A stretch of DNA of 64,000 bases from a virus (Duplodnaviria; Caudoviricetes): the IMG/VR virus record IMGVR_UViG_3300028631_000429, positions 6,385 to 70,384 of that record. One strand, written 5' to 3'. Below the pieces are notes generated by a model. The model did no database searches. It was not told the origin of the DNA and was given only the letters and a program-made list of their open reading frames with translations. Shown here piece by piece: positions 9,866-17,897 of the stretch (the first letter of the stretch is position 1; every line of letters starts with the position of its first letter). A program made the translations under genes and the position numbers.

Positions 9866-10252
9866 TCATTTTATCCGTATAACCTTGGCAGTTGATAACC
9901 CTAAACTTAGGGACAATGCCTGATCAATTGAAATCATCCGCAACTCACTCAGACTTCCTATGTATTCCAAAAGCCGGATGCGATCAATAGTACGTATCTG
10001 TTCCAGCAGTACCACCGAATTTTTCTGTAACGGCTCCATACACCCAATTTCCACATGTGTGGGCAGTTCCTTTTTTGGCTTGCTGGTTATAGCTACTACA
10101 ATGACTGTGGGGCTGTAACGGTTTCCTATATCATTCTGTATAATAAGCACGGGGCGAATACCACCTTGCTCACAGCCCACCACTGGGCTTAAATCAGCAT
10201 AAAAAATATCTCCGCGCCTTATAATTCTTTTTTGTTCTTGCAAAATATGCAC
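9866..10252 (-). CDS. mazF: MazF/PemK (EndoA-like) endoribonuclease toxin
   Basis: [46 protein letters not shown] and EQIRTID; RBS AAGGAGG. Confidence 0.92.
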   Translation of the reverse strand: MHILQEQKRIIRRGDIFYADLSPVVGCEQGGIRPVLIIQNDIGNRYSPTVIVVAITSKPKKELPTHVEIGCMEPLQKNSVVLLEQIRTIDRIRLLEYIGSLSELRMISIDQALSLSLGLSTAKVIRIK

Positions 10253-10280
10253 CTCCTTTTATTTGCTTAATGGCACAAAA

Positions 10281-10337
10281 ATGCAAACCGCTCTGCTTTG
10301 CGATTACTCTGCTTGCGTATACAGAGCGGTTTGCATG
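10281..10337 (-). terminator. Terminator-like hairpin just upstream of mazF
   Basis: 15-bp perfect stem ATGCAAACCGCTCTG/CAGAGCGGTTTGCAT followed by TTTT on the minus strand. Confidence 0.6.
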
Positions 10338-10339
10338 GA

Positions 10340-10750
10340 TTCTGACATTAAGTTTTTTCTCTGTGCTTAATTCGACACTACTCCCCAAGCACCAATGGCA
10401 ACAACTTAAACTGCGGTTGGCTAAACCGCATCATGGGACTTTCACCCTCGCCGGGATCTCCGCCGACTGCCCTCATTGCGTAATCCCCCGTTTAAGGGGG
10501 GCTGTGACTGGACAGAAGTATCATTATAGGCTGACGGGATTATTGCGAAACAGGCTGCCACAGCCTGTTTTACCATCGGATGGGTACCGCTTTGCACCTT
10601 GTTTGGCCGTCTTTGATAGGATTTAATTTTTTCATTGGAATCCTACAGGTGGTCTTGGCGCATCCCCGGAAGTCGCTTTGCCTTTTATGGCACCGTCAGC
10701 TAAAGTATTTAAGTTGTCGGATATGAAATTTTCAAAGAACAATCGGGGTA
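10340..10750 (-). ncRNA. Candidate large structured RNA or leader between sigma-like gene and mazF
   Basis: No credible ORF; hairpins at 10412-10430, 10435-10447, 10485-10501, 10548-10570, 10617-10645 and an 8-bp long-range pair 10530-10537/10693-10700. Confidence 0.5.
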
Positions 10751-10756
10751 TAAAAA

Positions 10757-10793
10757 AACCCCTTCACTACTAATCCGGTTTCGTGAAGGGGTT
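10757..10793 (-). terminator. Hairpin after sigma-like gene
   Basis: 11-bp perfect IR AACCCCTTCAC/GTGAAGGGGTT with T-run on the minus strand. Confidence 0.55.
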
Positions 10794-10807
10794 GGACCAA
10801 ATTATTT

Positions 10808-11257
10808 TTAGTTTTCTAAAAGTTTTTTTAATCTGGCCAGTATTCGCTTCTTCCTATTATGGATTGTCATGCGTGGAATGCCGGTTTCCGCTGCCAGCTG
10901 GTGCTCGCTTTTATTCTGGAAAAACAAAGAGAAAATCAATTCTTGTTCCTCCTTTGGCAGTTGCGCAAGACACTTATGAAGTTCTTCCGCGATAAGCCTG
11001 TCTACCACAATATCCTCCACACGGGGCGAGATTAAATCAGGGATTGCATCCTCTCCATTAGTTTCACTTGTATCCAGGGCACTATAAAAGAACACACCAT
11101 GTTTTGCATCCTTTTCTTGTAGATGAAGTTCACGGCGTCTCATACGGTAATAAGTCAAATAGACTTCCTCTGTTACAGGCACTAGCTTATCTTGTACTCT
11201 TATCTGGTACTTCTTTTTTACTATGTGTTGTTTTGAAAGTTTTCTATGTTCCTTCAT
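10808..11257 (-). CDS. Sigma-70 region 4 DNA-binding protein (Tn916 Orf7-like)
   Basis: C-terminal LHKCLAQLPKEEQELIFSLFFQNKSEHQLAAETGIPRMTIHNRKKRILARL region-4 HTH; regulatory module context. Confidence 0.88.
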   Translation of the reverse strand: MKEHRKLSKQHIVKKKYQIRVQDKLVPVTEEVYLTYYRMRRRELHLQEKDAKHGVFFYSALDTSETNGEDAIPDLISPRVEDIVVDRLIAEELHKCLAQLPKEEQELIFSLFFQNKSEHQLAAETGIPRMTIHNRKKRILARLKKLLEN

Positions 11258-11289
11258 TTAAATCGACTCCTTTGGATTTCAAATTTTTG

Positions 11290-11390
11290 AAATCCGCCAG
11301 AGCCGCCGAATCCGCAAAATGAAACAAGACGGCAGGAGAACCCCCTTTGTCAGAGGATTCCGCACTGCCGTCTTGCGTTCTGGCGGATTT
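11290..11390. promoter_or_regulatory. Nested inverted repeats in the leader of the sigma-like gene
   Basis: AAATCCGCCAGA(11290)/TCTGGCGGATTT(11379) enclosing CAAGACGGCAG(11325)/CTGCCGTCTTG(11365). Confidence 0.55.
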
Positions 11391-11409
11391 CATTATGTTG
11401 AGATTGTAC

Positions 11410-11568
11410 TTACACTGCTGGTTTTACATGTTCATGAGTAATTTCTAATGTTCCGTCAGCATTTGCCCTAATTCGAGTAATGCAATCTTTAATTTGTATC
11501 ACGAACATTCGCTCATCTTCGCTTACATCTCCAACACGCTTTTTGCTAAGGTTCCTAATCTCATTCAT
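11410..11568 (-). CDS. Small hypothetical protein (52 aa) of the ICE regulatory module
   Basis: RBS AAGGGAGG, ATG 11568, MNEIRNLSKKRVGDVSEDERMFVIQIKDCITRIRANADGTL. Confidence 0.7.
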   Translation of the reverse strand: MNEIRNLSKKRVGDVSEDERMFVIQIKDCITRIRANADGTLEITHEHVKPAV

Positions 11569-11786
11569 ACAAATATCCCTCCCTTCGATTAAATTCGTGC
11601 TACCTTGGCATATAAAAAAGCTGCTATTGCCTTGCACAATAACAGCTTACTAATTTATGGGACAAGCTTGGAGGAGCGGGAATAGCTATATCATAGAGTG
11701 AGAGTAGCTAATTTTTAATGAATATTCAGTTTTTTATTGCAATATTGTAATTTGTAAAGCCAATATCAGCGTTAATAAAGTTTACC

Positions 11787-11815
11787 TTGATATTAGCAAT
11801 GTCATATGATAAAAT
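11787..11815 (+). promoter_or_regulatory. Sigma-A promoter for the HTH gene and downstream defence cluster
   Basis: TTGATA(11787)-N17-TAAAAT(11810) with TG extension. Confidence 0.7.
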
Positions 11816-11862
11816 ATTCCAGACAGATTGTTTTGGAGCAACATTCATTTGGAGGCGATACT

Positions 11863-12075
11863 ATGGCGTTTAGCTACAATAAGCTATGGAAGTTATTAAT
11901 AGATAGAAAGATGATAAAAAAAGATTTGATGGCTGAAACCGGCATAACCAGCACTACAATGGCGAAGTTAGGCAAGGATCTTCCGGTCAGCATGGATATT
12001 TTGGCGCGTATATGTAAGGCACTCAAATGCAATATTGGAGATATTGTCGACTATGTCGACGAGGACAATAAATAG
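11863..12075 (+). CDS. Cro/C1-type HTH repressor (HTH_26-like)
   Basis: MAFSYNKLWKLLIDRKMIKKDLMAETGITSTTMAKLGK...CKALKCNIGDIV; RBS GGAGG before ATG 11863. Confidence 0.9.
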   Translation: MAFSYNKLWKLLIDRKMIKKDLMAETGITSTTMAKLGKDLPVSMDILARICKALKCNIGDIVDYVDEDNK

Positions 12076-12106
12076 ACAACGTTTCACTTGAAAGGGAGGG
12101 GTCGGC

Positions 12107-13540
12107 ATGAGGTTATGTTTTGGTTCATACCTGGCTGTGCTTGTTTCGTGCAAGGCAGTTAATGTTGATAATAAGCAGCTGTGTGAGGCACTGCTTCATT
12201 CTGTTGCCCCAAATTATGAATTCACCTTTGCCGGACAGGAAAACCCCGACAGGGTTCGGGAGGATGTTACCTCCAAACTATTGCGTTGCGAGCAAAACCT
12301 GCCTAAAGATGTTACTGATCCAGCTCGTACCGCTGATCCTCAAGAAGTAGCTTTATATTTTAAAGACCATGTCCTCGGACTTTTAAATGAAAATTTATCA
12401 AAGCAAATAATTCTTGCTTTCAAAGATATTATCGCCAATGATAAGCCTGAAATGATTAAAAATAAAATGCATGGCATTGAGGATGATACAAAAATTGAAT
12501 TAGTCAATGGGATTATCAAAAGGGAATTGGCAGCCCAAACTGAATTCTTATTTCATTCCTTCTTAGCAGGTATTTTTCTATATACCGCTACAAAAACAAC
12601 AAACAGATATGGCAAGAAAACAATAGAGTCAATTGATTACGACTATATTGTTTCATTTAATTCCCGCATTGATGGGATTAATTTAATTGCTGATAAAGCA
12701 GCGAGCTTTTCCCTACCTAATATTAAAAATGGTAAGGCCGATACAGAATTTGCTGAGGATGTAGCAGGATATGTTATAGATAAAATTAAGTTGCTAAAAC
12801 CTGCAACTGTACAGGAGGATTCCCTACTGGTTACTTTGCTATCAGAAGCAAACGGTAACTGCTTAAAATGTGGCAAAAAACTTGGCATTCCAAAACGTGG
12901 GAAAATACCTGTTGGAAATTATGAAATTGTATATTTAAAACAGCCTTCTAATGAAAGAGACCAATATGAGAATGCTGTTGCATTATGTTCGGATGATTGT
13001 GCCCCTATCGTCTCAGAAATGTCAGCGGATGAAATAACAGATTTATTGGAGAGTAAAAAAAGATGTGCTGCAACTCAGGCCTTTCTTGATAAGATATCGG
13101 GGATTAAATTTCAAAATCAAATTGAGTCTGTTTTACGAGAAGTACATAAAATAAAAAACACCAAGGGTTTAGAAGGCACTGATATGAAAGACTTAGTAGA
13201 AATTGAACGCAAAATCCATGAGCCATTCCTTAAAGATAAGATTAACGCAAGTATGGCTCGTCTTTATAAAACAGTAAATGGAATATGCGGCCGTCTTGAG
13301 CAGGAAATTGGATTTGATACTAATATGTTTGGTGGATTAATGAAATCTGCCTCATTGATGCTTGATGGCGGGGTTAAAAGTAATGGGGATATTGCAGATC
13401 CCCAGGAATACATAATGAATTTATTAATAGACAATCTGTTTTTGCAGGTTGGACAAAAGCATAAAGATGCTTGTGAGATAATAATAGGATACTTAGTAAA
13501 GAGGTGTGATTTATTCAATGAGAATGCCAAGCAAAGTTAA
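12107..13540 (+). CDS. lmuA: Lamassu/ABC-3C effector: unknown N-terminal domain, degenerate HNH-like Zn domain, C-terminal adaptor
   Basis: CLKC...YEIVYL...ENAVALCSDDC; C-terminal ACEIIIGYLVKRCDLF resembles ABC-3C CTDs; first of three overlapping genes. Confidence 0.72.
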   Translation: MRLCFGSYLAVLVSCKAVNVDNKQLCEALLHSVAPNYEFTFAGQENPDRVREDVTSKLLRCEQNLPKDVTDPARTADPQEVALYFKDHVLGLLNENLSKQIILAFKDIIANDKPEMIKNKMHGIEDDTKIELVNGIIKRELAAQTEFLFHSFLAGIFLYTATKTTNRYGKKTIESIDYDYIVSFNSRIDGINLIADKAASFSLPNIKNGKADTEFAEDVAGYVIDKIKLLKPATVQEDSLLVTLLSEANGNCLKCGKKLGIPKRGKIPVGNYEIVYLKQPSNERDQYENAVALCSDDCAPIVSEMSADEITDLLESKKRCAATQAFLDKISGIKFQNQIESVLREVHKIKNTKGLEGTDMKDLVEIERKIHEPFLKDKINASMARLYKTVNGICGRLEQEIGFDTNMFGGLMKSASLMLDGGVKSNGDIADPQEYIMNLLIDNLFLQVGQKHKDACEIIIGYLVKRCDLFNENAKQS

Positions 13541-13760
13541 TTCTTACTCAGATAGCGTAATATCCTTGTTCGCACCTATCCTTGAGAAACTGGAGGAACG
13601 GGATATGACTCCCCATGAGTTACTTGAAGCAACACGGACAAAAGTGTCGGAAATAAGTGTTTTTCTTGATGCTCTTGATTGTTTATATAAACTTGGACAG
13701 ATTGAAATTCCTGAAGGTATGGAGGTTCTGCGCTATGTTAAAACAAATAATATGCGATAA
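13518..13760 (+). CDS. lmuC: Lamassu/ABC-3C middle component
   Basis: 80-aa wHTH-like MRMPSKVNSYSDS...FLDALDCLYKLGQI overlapping both neighbours. Confidence 0.75.
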   Translation: MRMPSKVNSYSDSVISLFAPILEKLEERDMTPHELLEATRTKVSEISVFLDALDCLYKLGQIEIPEGMEVLRYVKTNNMR

Positions 13761-15420
13761 ATTTAAAACTCAGCCGGAAGCGTTCCGCACTGGGCTTAAT
13801 GTTGTTCTTGGCAGCTCTGATGGCAGTAATGCTATCGGAAAAACTACCTTCCTACTTATACTAGACTTTGTTTTTGGTGGGGATGGTTATACCAAGGCTG
13901 CTAAGGATGTTATAAATCATATTGACCATCACACAATTGACTTTATCTTTGAATTTGACGGTATATCCTACTTCTTTTCCAGAAGTACAAGCCGTCCTTC
14001 TGTTGTGAATCGGTGTGATAGTAAGTTCCGGGTTATTGAAGAAATGCCTTTGCAAAAATATCGGGGCTTTCTTTTTGATGAATATAAGATACATCTTCAA
14101 GGTATTAGCTTTAGCGAGATTGTCGATCGCTTTTTCCGCATTTACGGACACGGCAACCACAATGAACACAAGCCTTTACAAGGTGAACGTGAAACTATGG
14201 CTACGGCTGTAGAGTATCTACTGAAATTATTGGACAAATTTCAGGATATACAGAAGCTTAAAACTGCCGAAGAAAGCTATGGTATTAAACCAAGCAAACA
14301 AATTGAGCGGTCAGTTTCAGACATCACAGCTAAAATTGGCGAGAATAAGGAAAAAATTACAGCCTTAGAAAAGCGCAGAGATAAACTATGCCAACAAAAT
14401 GAAGAAGCTAATTTACAGGCTCTTGGGATTGATTCCAAGCAAGCTGAAAAGCTCGCTAATATAAAAAAAGAGCTGGGCAGGCTTATCAGAAGAAAAAGTC
14501 TCCTTACATCACAGCTTAACGCTGTACAAAATAATATGCCTGAAAATGATGGTGTTCTGAGGAAAGACTTTTCGACCCTTTTGCGCTTTTTCCCGGAAGC
14601 CAATATTGATGCCTTTAACGATGTGGAAACCTTCCACGCTAAAATTAATAGCTTCCTCCGTGCAGATATTGAGGAAGAGGTATCGCAGCTGGTACCGCAA
14701 ATTGAATACATAGATGCCGACATCACCTCTTATGAAAAACAGATTGAGGACACTGGAGTAGCAAAAACACTTTCCCAGTCTATTCTCACACAATATGCAC
14801 GTGTATCCCGTGAGATTGAGAGGCTCGAAGATGAAAATGAAGCTATGCAAAATGAAATGGAACAATCGAAGAAACGCAAGGAAATTGAGGATATACTTGC
14901 CAACCTACGTAGAAAACAGGAGGAAGCACTTGAAAGTGCAGAATCTGAGGTAAACGCTGAAATGAAAAGAATTAATGATATCATTACCGGCGGTGATAGG
15001 GCTACTCCTGTATTGACATTAAAACCAGATAAATCCTTTGAGTTTGAAACTCCTAACGACAAGAGCGAAGGAACGGCATATAAAGGGCTTGTTGTCTATG
15101 ATTTAAGCATGCTTTCTTTGACCCCCCTTCCTGCATTAATTCATGATTCAAGCATTGTTAAGCGCATAGAAGATGCCGACTTTGAACAAATACTAAGCCT
15201 TTATCAAGAATGCGGGGATATGGGCAAACAGGTATTTATTGCATTTGATAAGGCAGATACATATACAGATGATACCTACAGGATGCTTGATGAGGCAACT
15301 GTCCTCCGCCTTTCTATAGGAAATGAACTGTTCGGCAAATCTTGGAGCCGCAAAACTGCAGAAACTAAACATAAACCTATATCCACTTTTGGATCAAATG
15401 ATGAGCAAGAAACAGAATAG
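13735..15420 (+). CDS. lmuB: Lamassu/ABC-3C SMC-like ABC ATPase (DUF2326 type)
   Basis: Walker A NAIGKTT, long coiled coil, signature KSEGT, Walker B LIHDS, FIAFDK. ATG 13735 behind GGAGG. Confidence 0.85.
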   Translation: MLKQIICDKFKTQPEAFRTGLNVVLGSSDGSNAIGKTTFLLILDFVFGGDGYTKAAKDVINHIDHHTIDFIFEFDGISYFFSRSTSRPSVVNRCDSKFRVIEEMPLQKYRGFLFDEYKIHLQGISFSEIVDRFFRIYGHGNHNEHKPLQGERETMATAVEYLLKLLDKFQDIQKLKTAEESYGIKPSKQIERSVSDITAKIGENKEKITALEKRRDKLCQQNEEANLQALGIDSKQAEKLANIKKELGRLIRRKSLLTSQLNAVQNNMPENDGVLRKDFSTLLRFFPEANIDAFNDVETFHAKINSFLRADIEEEVSQLVPQIEYIDADITSYEKQIEDTGVAKTLSQSILTQYARVSREIERLEDENEAMQNEMEQSKKRKEIEDILANLRRKQEEALESAESEVNAEMKRINDIITGGDRATPVLTLKPDKSFEFETPNDKSEGTAYKGLVVYDLSMLSLTPLPALIHDSSIVKRIEDADFEQILSLYQECGDMGKQVFIAFDKADTYTDDTYRMLDEATVLRLSIGNELFGKSWSRKTAETKHKPISTFGSNDEQETE

Positions 15421-15452
15421 TAAACTGACAGCAATTAAGGAGATGAAATTAC

Positions 15453-17897
15453 ATGGCGGTTATTAAAAACTTACTACAGCAAATCACCGATCCGGTACTC
15501 CGTGAGCGGCTTGCACATGAAGTAAATCGGTTAAGTAAGAATAAAAAATTCGGCTTAGTTTTCGAGGAGCATGTTCCTGAATGCACTCCACTTTATAGCG
15601 TACCCATTAAACGAGGTTCATTTGTTGCCCGGAAAACAGGCAAAATGAATAATATATACATGGTAAAGGAAATAGATGGCGAAACTGCTACCTGCATGGA
15701 TAAAATCACCCTTGAGATTGAAGCCATCCCACTTAGCGAAATCGTATCTGTGGCACAGTTTGGGGAACCTATTTTCCCCTCCCTTGAGCCTATCGATAAA
15801 GTACTTAATGCGGCAGATGACAACCTTTGGCATACGATTATTGAAGCTGACAACTACCACGCCCTTCAGCTTTTAGAATACCTTTATGAGGGAAAAGTGG
15901 ATTGTATATATATTGACCCGCCCTATAATACAGGGGCAAGAGATTGGAAATATAATAATGATTATGTAGATTCAAATGATGCTTATAGACACAGTAAGTG
16001 GCTTTCTATGATGAAGAAACGACTAAAACTTGCTCATAGGATACTTAATCCAGAAACAGGTGTACTTATTGTCACAATTGATGAGCACGAAGTTCATCAT
16101 CTGAGAACATTGCTAGAGGAAGTTTTCCCAGAGGCATATATTCAGATGGTAACGGATGTAATCAATTATAAGGGTGTGTCACAGGATTATTTTGCAAGAG
16201 TTGAGGAGTATATTATTTATGTTTTTATGCCACAGGCAAATCTATCAAGTTGGTATGATAGAATGCTTGGCGAAAGTGAAACTTTTTCAAAAAAAGTTAC
16301 ATGGGCATCTTTACTTAGAAGGGGTAGTGACTCATATAGGCAAGACTCTCCTAATTTATATTACCCAATATTAATAGATGAAAAAAATAATCGTGTTGTC
16401 AAGGCAGGAGATGTTTTACCTTTAGGAAGTCACCCCGACTATGATGCTACCATAGATGGCTATAGGGCAGCATGGCCTGTCCGTACTGATTTATCTGAAG
16501 GTAGGTGGTCAATGAGTAATGATACCTTGAATCAGATGATAGAAATTGGCTATGTTTCCGTTGGGAAATTTGATGCTAAAAGAAAAACCTGGCCTATTAA
16601 ATATTTGTTTAAGAAGCAGCGAGAACAGATAGAACGCGGAGAGATAATTATAACTGGACGTGATAATGTTACGGGAGCTGTTAATGTTGAATATTCTGGG
16701 GAAATAAATCAACTAGTTAGAACTGTTTGGTATCGAAATTCCCATAACGCTGGAACATATGGAACTGACATGATTACGAATATACTTAATAAACCAAATA
16801 CCTTTTCCTTTCCTAAATCTCTATATGCAGTGCACGATGCAGTGGGCATAATTATTAAGGATAACCCCAACGCTCTTATCGTTGACTTCTTCGCAGGCAG
16901 CGGTACTACACTCCATGCAGTTAATTTGCTTAATGCGGAGGATGACGGCAAACGACGCTGTATCCTTGTCACCAACAATGAGGTATCAGAAGCTGAGGCA
17001 CAGGAATTGAAAGCTGCTGGTTATCAGCCAGGTGATCCTGAATGGGAAAGCCGTGGCATATGCCGCTCGGTAACTTGGCCTCGTACAGAATATAGTATCC
17101 TTGGCAAACGAGCTGATGGCACAATTTTAACAGGAGAATACTTTACCAACCTGACCACCGATAAAGAAGTCAACCGCTCATTTTATCAATTGGGCTTTGT
17201 AGAAGACCCTACAAGACTTGTGCTTGCTGCAAAAAAACAAATTGTTGCTCTTATGGGCAAGAATAAGCTGCCACAATCCCTCGTTAAAGCCGACAGCCGT
17301 TTTGTAGTATCGGAGAAATACACCGCTTCAATTCTTTTTGATTCAGAAGCAGCTGACGAATGGCTTGAAGCTCTTGAAGACCAAGAGCATATTACTGATT
17401 TCTATATTGTTGCAAAAGAGAACCGGATTTTTAATGAAATAAAAACAAAAGTGGTTGAGTTACTCGGTACAATCACAGTAACTGAACCATTCAAGCGGCC
17501 AATGAGTGAAGGCTTCGCCGCCAATGTAGAATACTTTAAGCTTGGATTTTTGGATAAGAACAGTGTTTCCCTTGGCCAGCAATTTCATGAAATACTGCCC
17601 CTTCTGTGGCTAAAAGCAGGTGCTGTCGGCGAGCGACCAGAATTAGATGGCATAGAATTACCGGATATGCTGATTCTTCCGCAGAATTCTTTTGCAATTC
17701 TGCTTGATGAAGATTGTTATGGCAAGTTCTCTGAAGACTTGCTTGATGCCGGTAAAATTGAAACAGTGTATTTTGTCACGAATTCTGAGGAGGCATTTAG
17801 GGAGATGTCTGATGGTATCGAGGCTACGCATACATACCAGTTATATCGTGACTATATTGATAATTTCGTAATTGGGAGCAGGAGGAATAGTCTATGA
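15453..17897 (+). CDS. mod: Type III-like R-M adenine methyltransferase (Mod)
   Basis: IYIDPPYNTG (motif IV) before DFFAGSGTT (motif I), beta-class order; FPKSL; overlaps helicase gene. Confidence 0.88.
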   Translation: MAVIKNLLQQITDPVLRERLAHEVNRLSKNKKFGLVFEEHVPECTPLYSVPIKRGSFVARKTGKMNNIYMVKEIDGETATCMDKITLEIEAIPLSEIVSVAQFGEPIFPSLEPIDKVLNAADDNLWHTIIEADNYHALQLLEYLYEGKVDCIYIDPPYNTGARDWKYNNDYVDSNDAYRHSKWLSMMKKRLKLAHRILNPETGVLIVTIDEHEVHHLRTLLEEVFPEAYIQMVTDVINYKGVSQDYFARVEEYIIYVFMPQANLSSWYDRMLGESETFSKKVTWASLLRRGSDSYRQDSPNLYYPILIDEKNNRVVKAGDVLPLGSHPDYDATIDGYRAAWPVRTDLSEGRWSMSNDTLNQMIEIGYVSVGKFDAKRKTWPIKYLFKKQREQIERGEIIITGRDNVTGAVNVEYSGEINQLVRTVWYRNSHNAGTYGTDMITNILNKPNTFSFPKSLYAVHDAVGIIIKDNPNALIVDFFAGSGTTLHAVNLLNAEDDGKRRCILVTNNEVSEAEAQELKAAGYQPGDPEWESRGICRSVTWPRTEYSILGKRADGTILTGEYFTNLTTDKEVNRSFYQLGFVEDPTRLVLAAKKQIVALMGKNKLPQSLVKADSRFVVSEKYTASILFDSEAADEWLEALEDQEHITDFYIVAKENRIFNEIKTKVVELLGTITVTEPFKRPMSEGFAANVEYFKLGFLDKNSVSLGQQFHEILPLLWLKAGAVGERPELDGIELPDMLILPQNSFAILLDEDCYGKFSEDLLDAGKIETVYFVTNSEEAFREMSDGIEATHTYQLYRDYIDNFVIGSRRNSL

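Noticed and set aside
10281-10337. c-di-GMP-I riboswitch resemblance (GCAAAC...GCAAAGC on the minus strand)
   Set aside because: GCAAAC is locked in a 15-bp stem and the GNRA tetraloop/receptor architecture is missing; fits a terminator better.
10430-10460. Group II intron or RNase P RNA suggested by GGGTGAAAGTCCC
   Set aside because: No GUGYG 5-prime end in register, no domain V, no reverse transcriptase, and no other RNase P conserved regions.
10270-10626. 118-aa plus-strand ORF and 64-aa minus-strand ORF (10194-10388) as a MazF antitoxin
   Set aside because: No RBS, no RHH/AbrB-like character, and they run through obvious RNA hairpins; most likely chance frames in GC-rich structured DNA.
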